Assembly: GCA_963708025.1 (NCBI GenBank)
Contig: CAVPSB010000026.1
Span: 13,971-77,970, forward strand
Length of the DNA: 64,000 nt
Direction: 5' to 3'
Source: an uncultured Candidatus Rokubacteria bacterium
Lineage (GTDB): Bacteria; Methylomirabilota; Methylomirabilia; Rokubacteriales; DASRDR01
In this document: piece after piece, positions 19,341 through 30,672 of the stretch
How the letters are laid out: every line of letters starts with the position of its first letter
Position numbering within the stretch: the stretch's first letter is position 1
Notes under the pieces: model-generated
The model's database searches: none
Seen by the model: the letters and a program-made list of their open reading frames with translations, nothing else
Told to the model about the DNA's origin: nothing
Translations under genes and position numbers: made by a program

Positions 19341-20261
19341 CTACCGGGAGGCGGCGGAGATTCCCGCCCGGGCCGCTTCCGGTACATCCCACAGATACCC
19401 CCGGGGGTTGACCGGCTGCCCTCTGACGGTGATCTCGTAGTGGAGGTGCGGCCCCGAGGTTCGTCCCGTGTTCCCGCTCAGCGCGATCTGCTGGCCACGC
19501 TCGACCTTCTGGCCCTGGAGGACCTGGATCTTCTGGAGGTGCCCGTAGAGCGTCCTGATCTCGCTCCCGTGATCGAGCACCAGCGTGGTTCCGTAGTCGG
19601 GCATGACCCCGGTGAAGACCACGACCCCCGGGGCCGGCGCCTTGACCGTGGTACCGATGTCGGCGGCGATGTCGAGCCCGCTGTGGTGCTCCAGGGCGCC
19701 GGTCCACGGGGAGACCCGCCGTCCGAACTCGGAGTTGACGACCCCCCGGATCGGCCATCGCGACGGCAGCGCGGCCAGCGCCTTGCCCGCGCGCGACATG
19801 AGTCGCTCCAGCGCCCGCAGCTTCTGGCCCTCGTCGCCCACGACGGCGGCGAGCTGCTCGAGCTGGGCGGTCAGGGCGGAGGCACCGGCCCCGGCTTCGG
19901 CGACCGGCTGGCCGACGCCGCCCACGCCACTCCGCTCCGGGATGCTGTGGGTTTCCGGGCCGAGCGGCTCCCAGATCCGGGCGTGGAGCGCCCGCCACGT
20001 CGCCATCTCCGTCTGGATCTCCGCGAGCCGCTGGCGGGTGGCGTCCAGGAGCGGGTGGTGCTCGCCACGGAGTGCGGTCAGGCTCTCGCGCTGACGGGTG
20101 AGCACGAGGTAGTCGGTCAGAATGGCGGCCGAGCCCAGCACGGTGGCAGCCAGCAGCGCCAGGGCGGCCCACGCAAGGGGGCGCGGGAAATAGAAGCGGA
20201 GGACGCGCCTCCCGTCGCCGGAGACGATCAGGAGGTTGAACCGGCCGGGCTGACTCAGCAC
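19341..20261 (-). CDS. M23 family peptidoglycan endopeptidase
   Basis: HSGLD, YGH, HLHYE; N-terminal TM helix and coiled coil. Confidence 0.92.
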   Translation of the reverse strand: MLSQPGRFNLLIVSGDGRRVLRFYFPRPLAWAALALLAATVLGSAAILTDYLVLTRQRESLTALRGEHHPLLDATRQRLAEIQTEMATWRALHARIWEPLGPETHSIPERSGVGGVGQPVAEAGAGASALTAQLEQLAAVVGDEGQKLRALERLMSRAGKALAALPSRWPIRGVVNSEFGRRVSPWTGALEHHSGLDIAADIGTTVKAPAPGVVVFTGVMPDYGTTLVLDHGSEIRTLYGHLQKIQVLQGQKVERGQQIALSGNTGRTSGPHLHYEITVRGQPVNPRGYLWDVPEAARAGISAASR

Positions 20262-20265
20262 GCCC

Positions 20266-20688
20266 TCATCGCTTCAGCGAGACCACGGCGGCGGGCGTCT
20301 CCCGGACGGGTGGCGCCTCGGCCGGTCGCTCCTGGGTCATCCGGCAGTGGCCCTCGAGGAGCACGCCTTCCTCGATCACCACGACCGGCGCCTCCACGTC
20401 CGCGAAGACCCGCGCGCTCTTCCGCATCTCCACCCGCTCGGTGGCCAGGAGGCCTTCCACCAATTCTCCGCTGATGACCACCGCGCCGGCACGGATCGTC
20501 GCGTTGATGACGGCCTTCTCGCCGATGATCAGCGTGTCGGTCGAGATGATCTCTCCCTTGAACTTGCCGTTCAGCAGCACGACGCCGCTGAAGGTGTACC
20601 GGCCCTCGATCTCCGAGCCTTCGTCGAGGAACGCGGTGAGGCCTTTGGTCCTGGCCGGAAGTTTCGAGCTCCGGTTCCACAGCAGCAT
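20266..20688 (-). CDS. Bactofilin (polymer-forming cytoskeletal protein)
   Basis: AFLDEGSEIEG..GKFKGEI..IEEGVLLEGHCRM; typical M23 neighbour. Confidence 0.9.
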   Translation of the reverse strand: MLLWNRSSKLPARTKGLTAFLDEGSEIEGRYTFSGVVLLNGKFKGEIISTDTLIIGEKAVINATIRAGAVVISGELVEGLLATERVEMRKSARVFADVEAPVVVIEEGVLLEGHCRMTQERPAEAPPVRETPAAVVSLKR

Positions 20689-20721
20689 GGGCGGGTGCCG
20701 TCGAGGCCGGCTCCGACCGGC

Positions 20722-20913
20722 CTACACGCGCTTGTCGTCAACGAGGTAGACCTGGCGGCCGGGTTTCTCGGCGCGGCCGGGCTCGTCGTCGAGCTCGATC
20801 TTGGCGTGGTCGCCGAGGACGGTGAGGCGGTTCAGGCTGGCACCGGCCTGGCCGTTGTCCTGTGCCCGGGGGACAGCGGCAGCCGGTTGGTCCGGGGGCT
20901 TCCGTCCAAGCAT
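20722..20913 (-). CDS. Short ORF, possibly an internally deleted second bactofilin
   Basis: GGGAGG RBS; MLGRK start and LTVLGDHAKIE resemble a bactofilin N-terminus. Confidence 0.4.
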   Translation of the reverse strand: MLGRKPPDQPAAAVPRAQDNGQAGASLNRLTVLGDHAKIELDDEPGRAEKPGRQVYLVDDKRV

Positions 20914-21126
20914 GGGAACCCTCCCTGTCTAGCGCAGCCCGGGTACCCCTCCCCCGAGGTCGGCTCGGCGGGACCCAACGGTTACCACCGTTCCCCCTTG
21001 GGTGTCAACCGGCCTCCGGACGCGCCCGGGCGTTCGTCGGCGGGGGTCCCGGAGCCGCCTCCGGCCCGCCACCGGCCGTGTGCTACCATCCTGGACACGG
21101 CCATCTCGCCGACTTTGCAGGCCAAG

Positions 21127-22008
21127 TTGAGTAGCGACTACTGGACGCTGACCGTCACCCTCGACTCCGAGGCCGCCGATGCGGTCGCCAACTTCCTCTG
21201 GGAGGTCGGGGCCACCGGGGTCGTCGAGGAAGGCGCCGACCCCCCGGTGGCGCTGCGCGCCTTCTTTCCCCCCGGGACCGAGCCGACCGAAACGCGCCGG
21301 CATCTCGAGGGCTACCTCGGGGAGCTGCGGGTCCTCGACATCCCAATCGGGCCGGGAACCGTGGAGATCAGCCGCGTCCCCGAGGAGGCCTGGGCTGACG
21401 CCTGGCGGGCCCACTTCCGACCCCTGCGGATCGGCCGGCGCCTCCTGGTCGTCCCGCCCTGGGAGCGGCCCGCGGCGGGGCCCGGCGACGGCTCGCCCAC
21501 CCTGATCCTGATCGAGCCCGGCCGTGCCTTCGGGACGGGCAGCCACGGGAGTACCCGAGCGTGCCTGGAGCTCCTGGAGCGGACCCTCGAGCGCGAGCGC
21601 GTCGAGCAGGCCCTCGACGTCGGGACCGGCTCGGGCATCCTCGCCATCGCCGCCGCTCGGCTGGGCGTCGCCTCGGTGGCGGCCCTCGACCTCGACCCGG
21701 ACGCGGTCGCCGCGGCCGCCGCCAACGCGGCCCGGAACGGGGTCGCCGGGCGCGTGCGGGTGGAGCTGGGGGGGCCCGAAGCCTGGGCCGGCTCGGCGCC
21801 GCTCGTCCTCGCCAACCTCCTGGCCTCCGCGCTGGTCGCCCTCGCGCCGGCCCTGGCGCGCTGCACGACCGCCCCGGGGCGTCTCATCGCCGGCGGACTC
21901 CTCGTTCACGAGGTCCCGGCCGTCACCGCGTCGTTCGTACCCGAGGGCTTCGGGCTCGCCGAGGTCGTGGAGAGCGAGGGGTGGGCGGCGCTGCTCCTGA
22001 CTCGGTGA
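21127..22008 (+). CDS. prmA: Ribosomal protein L11 methyltransferase
   Basis: W..HFRP, IEPGRAFGTGSH, LDVGTGSGILA. Confidence 0.92.
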   Translation: MSSDYWTLTVTLDSEAADAVANFLWEVGATGVVEEGADPPVALRAFFPPGTEPTETRRHLEGYLGELRVLDIPIGPGTVEISRVPEEAWADAWRAHFRPLRIGRRLLVVPPWERPAAGPGDGSPTLILIEPGRAFGTGSHGSTRACLELLERTLERERVEQALDVGTGSGILAIAAARLGVASVAALDLDPDAVAAAAANAARNGVAGRVRVELGGPEAWAGSAPLVLANLLASALVALAPALARCTTAPGRLIAGGLLVHEVPAVTASFVPEGFGLAEVVESEGWAALLLTR

Positions 22009-22022
22009 CCGTCCTTCCCCGG

Positions 22023-22772
22023 ATGCGGCGGTTCGTCATCCTTCCAGACGCGATCGAGGCGGATCGGGTCCGCTTCGATGCCGACGAGACGCATCACCTC
22101 GCCCGGGTGCTGCGCCTCCGGCCGGGCGCCCTGGTCGAGGTGGCCGACGGCGGGGGCCGGATCTTCACGGTGCGGATCGAGGCCCTCGACGCTCGAGCGG
22201 CGTGGGGCACGATCCTCGAGCGGTCGGGCGAGGGCGCCCCGGCCCGGGAGTCGCCGTGCGCGATCACCCTGGCCCAGGCCATCCTCAAGGGTGAGCGGAT
22301 GAGCTGGCTGGTCCAGAAGGCCACGGAGCTGGGCGTCGCCCGCATCGTGCCGCTCGACACCGCCCGCGTGGTGGCGCGCGCCCCGGCCGGCCGCGTGACC
22401 GCCCGCCAGCAACGCTGGGAGCGCGTCGCCCGGGAGGCGGTCAAGCAGTGCGGCCGGACCGTGGTCCCGAGCGTGGAGGTCCCGCGCTCGCTGGCGGCCA
22501 TGCTGGCCGAGACGGCCACCCACGACGCGACGTGGCTTTGCTGGGAAGGCGGGGGCGTGGCGGTCGGGGAGGCGGCACGGGATGCCGGGCGCCCGTGCCG
22601 GCTGCTGCTGCTGGTCGGGCCGGAGGGCGGCTTCACGGCCGAGGAGGTCGCGCAGGCGGAGCGGGCGGGGGCGCGCGCGGTCGGGCTCGGGCCGCGCATC
22701 CTGCGGGCCGAGTCGGCGGGACTCGTCGCGATCGCCCTGTGCCAGCACCTCTTCGGCGACCTCGGACCCTGA
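22023..22772 (+). CDS. rsmE: 16S rRNA m3U1498 methyltransferase
   Basis: HHLARVLR, KATELG, VGPEGGF, LGPRILRAE. Confidence 0.93.
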   Translation: MRRFVILPDAIEADRVRFDADETHHLARVLRLRPGALVEVADGGGRIFTVRIEALDARAAWGTILERSGEGAPARESPCAITLAQAILKGERMSWLVQKATELGVARIVPLDTARVVARAPAGRVTARQQRWERVAREAVKQCGRTVVPSVEVPRSLAAMLAETATHDATWLCWEGGGVAVGEAARDAGRPCRLLLLVGPEGGFTAEEVAQAERAGARAVGLGPRILRAESAGLVAIALCQHLFGDLGP

Positions 22773-22831
22773 GACGACCTGTGCCGACTCTCTCGCTCCG
22801 CCGACCTCGTACCGCGTTGGAACTGCGGGGC

Positions 22832-22882
22832 GCCCCCCCTCCCCCCGGCGGGTGGGGAGGGGTCGGGGGTGGGGGTGGATCC
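22832..22882 (+). repeat. Repeat family A, short copy
   Basis: CCCCTCCCC..GGGGAGGGG hairpin plus G-rich tail. Confidence 0.65.
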
Positions 22883-22884
22883 AA

Positions 22885-23307
22885 ATGACCGAACAGGGCT
22901 GGGAGCACTTCGAGGTCGAGGCCGACGTCGGCGTCCACGCCTGGGGCCCGACCCTCGATGCCTGCTTCCGGCAGTGCGCCCTCGGGGTCTTCACCCTCAT
23001 CGTGCCCATCGAGGCAGTCGCCCCGGTCGAGACGCGGGAGGTCGGCGCCCAGGCCGAGACGGTGGAGGCCCTGCTGGTGAGCTGGATCAACGAGCTCCTC
23101 TACCTGCACGAGGTGGAGGGCTTTGCCGTGCACGACGTGGCCGAGCCCCGCATCGAGGGGACCCGGGCCCACGGAACCCTGACGGGGGAGCCCATGGACC
23201 TCGCCCGCCACCCGCTGGGCATCCAGGTCAAGGCGGCGACGTTTCATCAGCTGGCTCTCGACCGGCGGCCGGACCACGTGGACGCCCGGCTCGTCCTGGA
23301 CATCTGA
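22885..23307 (+). CDS. Archease
   Basis: EHFEVEADVG, LLVSWINELLY, VKAATFH, LVLDI. Confidence 0.9.
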   Translation: MTEQGWEHFEVEADVGVHAWGPTLDACFRQCALGVFTLIVPIEAVAPVETREVGAQAETVEALLVSWINELLYLHEVEGFAVHDVAEPRIEGTRAHGTLTGEPMDLARHPLGIQVKAATFHQLALDRRPDHVDARLVLDI

Positions 23308-23415
23308 AGGCGTGTGAAGCAGGGGGTTCCTCCGACTCCTCGCCTCCCCCCGGCGAAAGGCCGAAGGCCGTCCAGCGGTCGGGGAGGGGGGCTGAGGGGG
23401 CGGGCGGGGAGGCCT
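23308..23415 (+). repeat. Repeat family A copy
   Basis: CGTGTGAAG..CTCCGACTCC..AGGCCGAAGGCCGTCC..GGGGAGGGGGGCTG..GGGCGGGGAGG. Confidence 0.75.
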
Positions 23416-23566
23416 CAACCGTTGCATTATTGAAACACTTCGAGGGGTGGTGTCGTTTTGTCCGCGCAACGCGGTGTGTCAGACCCGGTGCCGCCACCGG
23501 GCCGTTCCCTGGAGAAATTCGCGGATTGTGAGCCGATTCATCGAGTCTGCCTACCCGGGGTTACCG

Positions 23567-23582
23567 TGGCACCAGTCTTGCT
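23567..23582 (+). promoter_or_regulatory. sigma54 (-24/-12) promoter upstream of lpxC
   Basis: TGGCAC-CAGTC-TTGCT, an exact consensus match, 36 nt before the ATG. Confidence 0.8.
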
Positions 23583-23618
23583 CGGCTTACCCCCTGGGTC
23601 CAGGGAGGGTCCCTGTCT

Positions 23619-24554
23619 ATGGAGTTGCAGCACACCATTCGGAAGGCCGTTGTCTGCCGGGGCGTGGGGCTCCATACGGGCATTCCGGTGGCAATGACAC
23701 TGTCGCCCGCGCCGCCGGATCACGGCATCGTCTTCCGCATCCTTCCGGCGGGTGTCGATGTCCCGGTGCGGCCGGGGTCACTGCTGAACGGCCACTACGC
23801 GACGACGATCGGGATTGGCGGAACCAACGGCGTCTCCGGCGTGGTTCAGATCCAGACCGTGGAGCACCTCCTGGCCGCGCTGCGCGCGCTGGGCATCGAC
23901 AACGCGCTGGTGGAGATGGACGCGGCCGAGGTGCCGGCCATGGACGGCAGCGCCGCGCCGTTCGTCTCCCTCCTCTACGCCGCCGGCCGCGAGGGCCAGC
24001 CGGCCGCTCGGCGGCCGCTGTGGGTCACGGACACGATCCGGGTGGGCGACGAAGGCCGCTGGATTCAGATCTCCCCGGCGCCGGAGTTCCGAATCAGCTA
24101 CACGCTCGACGTGGATCACCCGATGGTCGGGGTGCAGGTGGTCTCCATTGCCCCGACCGAGGAGCGCTTCGTGGAGGAGGTCGCCTCCGCCCGGACGTAC
24201 GGCTTCCTCAAGGACGTGGATCTGCTGCGCCAGCAGGGGCTGGCGCTGGGAGGCTCACCCGACAACGCGGTCATCCTGGGCGAGGAGCGCGTGCTCAACG
24301 GTGCCCTCCGCTTCCGTGACGAATTCGTGCGGCACAAGATCCTCGACGTGATCGGCGATCTGACCCTGGTCGGGCGCCCGGTCGTCGGGCACGTGGTCGC
24401 CCGCAACGCCGGGCACGCGCTGAACCACCTCCTGGTGCGCGAGATTGCCCACCGTGCCCGGCGCCCGCACGATGGGGTGGTCCGGGCCGTCTCGCACGCC
24501 GTCACCCGCTCGGAAGGGGAAGCGCGCCAGGCCTCCGGCGTGGCCGCGACCTAG
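23619..24554 (+). CDS. lpxC: UDP-3-O-acyl-GlcNAc deacetylase
   Basis: GVGLHTG, TVEHLLAAL, P.MDGSA, ARTYGF, RHKILD. Confidence 0.95.
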   Translation: MELQHTIRKAVVCRGVGLHTGIPVAMTLSPAPPDHGIVFRILPAGVDVPVRPGSLLNGHYATTIGIGGTNGVSGVVQIQTVEHLLAALRALGIDNALVEMDAAEVPAMDGSAAPFVSLLYAAGREGQPAARRPLWVTDTIRVGDEGRWIQISPAPEFRISYTLDVDHPMVGVQVVSIAPTEERFVEEVASARTYGFLKDVDLLRQQGLALGGSPDNAVILGEERVLNGALRFRDEFVRHKILDVIGDLTLVGRPVVGHVVARNAGHALNHLLVREIAHRARRPHDGVVRAVSHAVTRSEGEARQASGVAAT

Positions 24555-24599
24555 CTCCCGTCCCTTCGCCGACTCCGGCGCGGCGTTGGAGTTTGCCCT

Positions 24600-24628
24600 T
24601 TCACCGTCGCGAATCGCAACGCTATAAT
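24600..24628 (+). promoter_or_regulatory. sigma70-like internal promoter, likely leaderless
   Basis: TTCACC-17nt-TATAAT, 8 nt before ATG 24637. Confidence 0.55.
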
Positions 24629-24636
24629 GCTGGTCT

Positions 24637-25224
24637 ATGCTCAGCCCGCGCTCGACGCCGAGAGCGCTGGCGGCCTCGTTGGTGCTTGTGCTCCTGCTCG
24701 CCGAGCTCGTGTGGGCCGGGCCCCTGCGGATCTCGAACCTGGTCGTCACGAACTCGGAGAGGACGATACTGGTCAACCTGGTGCTCCTGGGCTCGCTGCC
24801 CGAAGGCATCGTGGAGGGCCTGGGGACGGGCATCCCGGCGACGGTCCGCTATCAGGTCGAGTTGTGGCAGTACAACTCCTGGTGGTTCAACCGTCGCATC
24901 GCGGCGAAGATCTTGGAGCGGCAGGTAGTCTACGACGTGCTCACCAAGGAGTACCGGGTCTCGGCGGTGCAGGGAGAGGAGCGGGATCCCTACGTGACCC
25001 GTGACATCTGGGAGGCCGAGCGGGTCATCTCCGAGGTCCGGACCCTGCCGCTGGTTCCGATCGGGAGCCTCCGTGGCCAGGACCTCTATTACGTGCGGGC
25101 CCGGGCCGACCTGCGCTCGGGCGCCCCCGACTCGTCGTTCTCGAAGATCGTGCCGTTCTGGTCCTTCCGGGTCGAGACCGAGTGGGAGCAGTCGCCGTTG
25201 CTGACGATCAGCCGGGCGAGATAG
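24637..25224 (+). CDS. DUF4390-like periplasmic protein
   Basis: Signal peptide; G+P...Y.VEL, YD.LT.EY, YYVR; usual ntrY neighbour. Confidence 0.8.
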   Translation: MLSPRSTPRALAASLVLVLLLAELVWAGPLRISNLVVTNSERTILVNLVLLGSLPEGIVEGLGTGIPATVRYQVELWQYNSWWFNRRIAAKILERQVVYDVLTKEYRVSAVQGEERDPYVTRDIWEAERVISEVRTLPLVPIGSLRGQDLYYVRARADLRSGAPDSSFSKIVPFWSFRVETEWEQSPLLTISRAR

Positions 25225-25229
25225 CCGCA

Positions 25230-27512
25230 ATGCCCATCGACGAACGCGAGAAGCGCAAGCGCAACCTCGTCGTCATCGCCGTCGTCCTGTTCCTCCTGGT
25301 CACGGCGACGGCGGTCGAGGTCGGCATCAAGGCCCCCGAGCTGCCGATCGCCTCCAACGTCGTCGTCATCGCCCTCTTCAACCTGAACCTCATCGTCTTC
25401 CTGCTGCTCCTGGTCCTGCTCTTCCGCAACCTGGTCAAGCTCTCCTTCGAGCGGCGGCACAAGATCCTCGGCTCCAAGTTCAAGACGAAGCTCGTCGTCG
25501 CCTTCCTCTCGCTGGCGCTGGCCCCCTCGATCCTGATCTTCCTGATCGCCTCCAACCTCATCAACACCTCGATCGAGGGCTGGTTCAAGCTCCAGGTGGA
25601 GCGACCGCTCGACCAGTCCATGCGGGTCGCCCAGACGTTCTACGAGCGGATGCAGGACGTCGCCCTCCGGCATGGCCAGCACATCGCCGCCGTCCTCGCG
25701 CGCGACCGCCTGCTGAGCGAGGAGAAGCGGGAGAAGCTGATCGAGTTCCTGCAGTACCAGCAGGAGCAGTACCGGCTGGCGGGGATCACGGTGTACTCGG
25801 CGGGCGGCCAGGAGGTGGTCCACGTCAAGGATCCGGTCCTCGCCCCCTCCATCACGACCGCGATCAACATGGAGCAGGTGCGCATGGCCCTGGCCGGGCG
25901 GGAGCTCTCCACCCGCCACGAGATCGCCAATGGCGATCTGATCCAGGGCATGATTCCCGTGGTCGTCTCGCCGCAGGACAACCGGGTGGTGGGCACGGTG
26001 GTGGTCGCCATCCACGTGCCCCAGCGCCTGGAGTCCCAGGTGCGGGGCATCTCCCAGGCGTTCCAGGAGTACAAGCAGCTCAAGCTCCTCAAGCAGCCGA
26101 TCAAGGGCATCTACATCCTCCTCTTCCTCCTCATGACCCTGATCATCGTCTTCTCGGTCACCTGGTTCGGCCTCTACCTGGCCAAGGGCATCACGGTGCC
26201 GATCCAGCGGCTGGCCGAGGGAACCCGCGAGGTCGCCGCTGGCAACCTCGACTACCGGGTCACCGTGGAGGCCGACGACGAGGTCGGCATCCTGGTCACG
26301 TCGTTCAACAAGATGACCGAGGACCTGGCTTCGTCGAAGACCCAGCTCGAGCACGCCTACACCGGACTCCAGGCCAAGCACGCCGAGCTGATCGAGCGCC
26401 GCCGTTACACGGAGACGATCCTGGAAGCGGTGGCGACCGGCGTCGTCTCCGCCGACGCCGCCGGGCTCGTCACCACGGTCAACCGGGCGGCGGCCCAGAT
26501 GCTCGGGCTCGATTCGCCGGCGGCCGTCGGCCGCCACTACGCCGAGGTCCTGGCCGGGGAGCCGTACCGGGACCTGGTCGTGCTGATGCAGCGGATGGAC
26601 CGGCTGCGCGACGGGACCCTGGAGCGGCAGATCACCGTCGCCCGGGACGGCGGCCGGCTCACGCTCCTGACGAGCCTGACCGCGCTCCAGGGGCCGGAGC
26701 AGGAGTACCTGGGGAGCGTGCTGGTCTTCGACGACCTCACCGCGCTCCTCTCGGCCCAGCGGCTGGCGGCCTGGCGGGAGGTGGCGCAGCGGATCGCCCA
26801 CGAGATCAAGAACCCGCTGACGCCGATCCAGCTCTCCGCCCAGCGCCTGCGCCGCCGTCTGGCCGGGCGCCTGGCCGACGACGGCGGCGTGTTGGAAGAG
26901 TGCACCGGCACCATCATCGGCGAGGTCGAGGGGCTCCGGCGGCTCGTGGACGAGTTCTCGCGCTTCGCGCGCATGCCGAGCCTGGCCCCCAAGCCCACCG
27001 ACCTCCACCGGCTCCTGGACGGAGCGGTCGCCCTCTACGGCGAGACGCACCCGGAGGTGACCCTCCGCACGGCATTCGCGCCGGACCTCCCGGTGCTGGA
27101 GGCGGACGGGGATCAGCTCAAGCGGGCCCTCCTGAACCTCCTCGACAACGCCGTGGAGGCCGGCGCCACCCACGTCCACCTCGGCACCCGCTGGGACCGC
27201 GGCGCCGGGCGGGTCGAGATCGTCGTGGCCGACGACGGGCCGGGGATCGCGCCCGAGGTGCGCGACAAGCTCTTCCTGCCCTACTTCTCGACGAAGACCG
27301 CCGGGATGGGCCTGGGGCTCCCCATCGTGCACCAGATCGTGACCGACCACGGCGGCCACATCCGTGTCGAGGACAACCGGCCGAAGGGCAGCCGGTTCGT
27401 GATCGACCTCCCGGTGATCCGGCCGGGGAACGGGGCCGGCGAGCCGGCCGGACCCCGCGCGCCCTTGACGGCCGAGGTCACTCCCACGCCGCGCCCGGCG
27501 ACGCCGGCCTAG
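25230..27512 (+). CDS. ntrY: NtrY-like HAMP/PAS sensor histidine kinase
   Basis: AWREVAQRIAHEIKNPLTPIQLS, FSRFARMP, DDGPG, GMGLGL. Confidence 0.9.
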   Translation: MPIDEREKRKRNLVVIAVVLFLLVTATAVEVGIKAPELPIASNVVVIALFNLNLIVFLLLLVLLFRNLVKLSFERRHKILGSKFKTKLVVAFLSLALAPSILIFLIASNLINTSIEGWFKLQVERPLDQSMRVAQTFYERMQDVALRHGQHIAAVLARDRLLSEEKREKLIEFLQYQQEQYRLAGITVYSAGGQEVVHVKDPVLAPSITTAINMEQVRMALAGRELSTRHEIANGDLIQGMIPVVVSPQDNRVVGTVVVAIHVPQRLESQVRGISQAFQEYKQLKLLKQPIKGIYILLFLLMTLIIVFSVTWFGLYLAKGITVPIQRLAEGTREVAAGNLDYRVTVEADDEVGILVTSFNKMTEDLASSKTQLEHAYTGLQAKHAELIERRRYTETILEAVATGVVSADAAGLVTTVNRAAAQMLGLDSPAAVGRHYAEVLAGEPYRDLVVLMQRMDRLRDGTLERQITVARDGGRLTLLTSLTALQGPEQEYLGSVLVFDDLTALLSAQRLAAWREVAQRIAHEIKNPLTPIQLSAQRLRRRLAGRLADDGGVLEECTGTIIGEVEGLRRLVDEFSRFARMPSLAPKPTDLHRLLDGAVALYGETHPEVTLRTAFAPDLPVLEADGDQLKRALLNLLDNAVEAGATHVHLGTRWDRGAGRVEIVVADDGPGIAPEVRDKLFLPYFSTKTAGMGLGLPIVHQIVTDHGGHIRVEDNRPKGSRFVIDLPVIRPGNGAGEPAGPRAPLTAEVTPTPRPATPA

Positions 27513-27530
27513 CCGGCGGCGAGGTCAGCG

Positions 27531-28912
<1,382 letters not shown>

Positions 28913-28913
<1 letters not shown>

Positions 28914-30544
28914 TGCGTGAGACGGTGTGGCCGGCGGCGCTCGGTCGCCGAGGGGTCGTCGCCTCGCCTCATCCGCTCGCCACGATGGCCGGGCTCCAGG
29001 CGATGCTGCGCGGCGGCACCGCGGTCGACGCCGCGGTGGCGGCCGGGGCGACGATCGCCGTCGTCTATCCCCACATGACGGGGCTCGGCGGCGACAGCTT
29101 CTGGCTCAGCTGGGACGCGCGCCGCCGCCGCTTGCGGGGGCTCGCCGCCTGTGGGGCGGCGGCCGCGCTCGCCACGCCCGAGCTCTACCGGGCCCACGGC
29201 CTGGAGGCGATCCCCACCCGCGGGCCGCTCGCCGCGATCACGGTCCCGGGCGCGGTGGACGGCCTGTGGGAGGCGCACGCCTGGAGCCGCGCCGAGCTGG
29301 GCTCGCCGCTGGGGTGGGGCGACCTGCTCGGGGACGCCATCCGCCACGCGGCCGAGGGCATCGCCGTCTCGCCGTGCCAGGCCCGTGTGACGGCGCGCGC
29401 CGCGGATTTGCTGGCCCGCTCGATGGAGCCGCCGTTCCGCGCGCTCGGGCAGACGTACCTCGTGGACGGGGCGGCCCCCGCCCCCGGCGCCCGCCTCGTC
29501 CAGCCGGATCTGGCCCGCACGCTCGAGCGCCTCGCCCGGGACGGCGGGCGCGCGTTCTACGAGGGCGAGCTGGCCGGCGCGCTCGGCCGGGCCTGCGAGG
29601 CGGCCGGGAGCCCGCTCCGCGCCGCCGACCTGGCGGCGCACCGATCGCGCTGGGTGACCCCGCTCACCGTGCCGTATCGCGGGGGCGTCGCCGCCTCGCT
29701 GCCGCCGCCGTGCCAGGGGATGGCCCTGCTGGCGATCCTCGGCATGCTGGACGCCGCCGACGTGGTCGGCTGCGGGTCGGACTCCGCCGACTACGTGCAC
29801 CTCGTCGTCGAGGCCACCAAGCTCGCGTTCGGCGACCGCGACCGCTGGCTCGCCGATCCCGAGGTGGTGGACGTCCCGGTGGCGCGCCTGCTCGATCCCG
29901 GCTACCTCCACGCGCGGGTCAAGCAGATCCGCGTCGACGCGGCCGCGCCGGCGCCGGTCCCATCGGGGCTCGGCGACACGATCGCCTGCGTCGCGGCCGA
30001 CGGGGCCGGCAACGCGGTCTCGCTGATCCAGAGCCTCTACCACGAGTGGGGCTCGGGCGTGGTCGCCGGGGAGACCGGCGTGGTCCTCCAGAACCGCGGG
30101 TCGTTCTTCAGCCTCGACCCCGCGCATCCCAACGGGCTGGCGCCGGGCAAGCGGCCGTTCCACACGCTGACCCCGTTCATGTGGCTCGCCGGCGAGCGGC
30201 CGGCCCTGGTCGCGGGGACCATGGGCGGCGAGGGGCAGCCCCAGACGCTGGCCGCGGTCACGACCCGCGTCCTCGACTTCGGCCTCGACGTCCAGGCCGC
30301 GGTCGAGGCGCCGCGCTGGGTCTACGGTCGGACATGGGGGACGCCGACGCGGGCGCTCTCCCTCGAGGGCCGCTTCGACGCCCGCGTCGCTGACACGCTC
30401 CGGGACCGCGGCCACGACGTGCGGGTCCTCGACCCCTGGAGCGACACGATGGGGCACGCGCAGGCCATCGCCTGGGACGGCGCCCGTGGCCTGTGGGTCG
30501 GCGGCGGCGATCCCCGGGCCGATGGTCCCGCGCTCGGCGCCTGA
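28913..30544 (+). CDS. Gamma-glutamyltransferase family (HpxW oxamate amidohydrolase-like)
   Basis: GLGGDSF, DT nucleophile (GDTIAC), KRPFHTL, GTMGGEGQPQ, DPRADG. Confidence 0.88.
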
Positions 30545-30672
30545 GGGCGTGTGTGAAGCAATCGGTTCCTCCGGCCCCCTCCGGTGGGTGGGGGAGGGGG
30601 CCAAAGGCCGAAGGCCGTCGCCAAAGGCCGGAGGCCGTCCGAAGGATCGGGTGGGAGGGAGGTCCCGAACTG
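30544..30672 (+). repeat. Repeat family A copy ending just before the allH start
   Basis: GTGTGAAGCAATCGG..GGCCGAAGGCC (duplicated)..GGAGGTCCCGAACTG then ATG. Confidence 0.75.
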
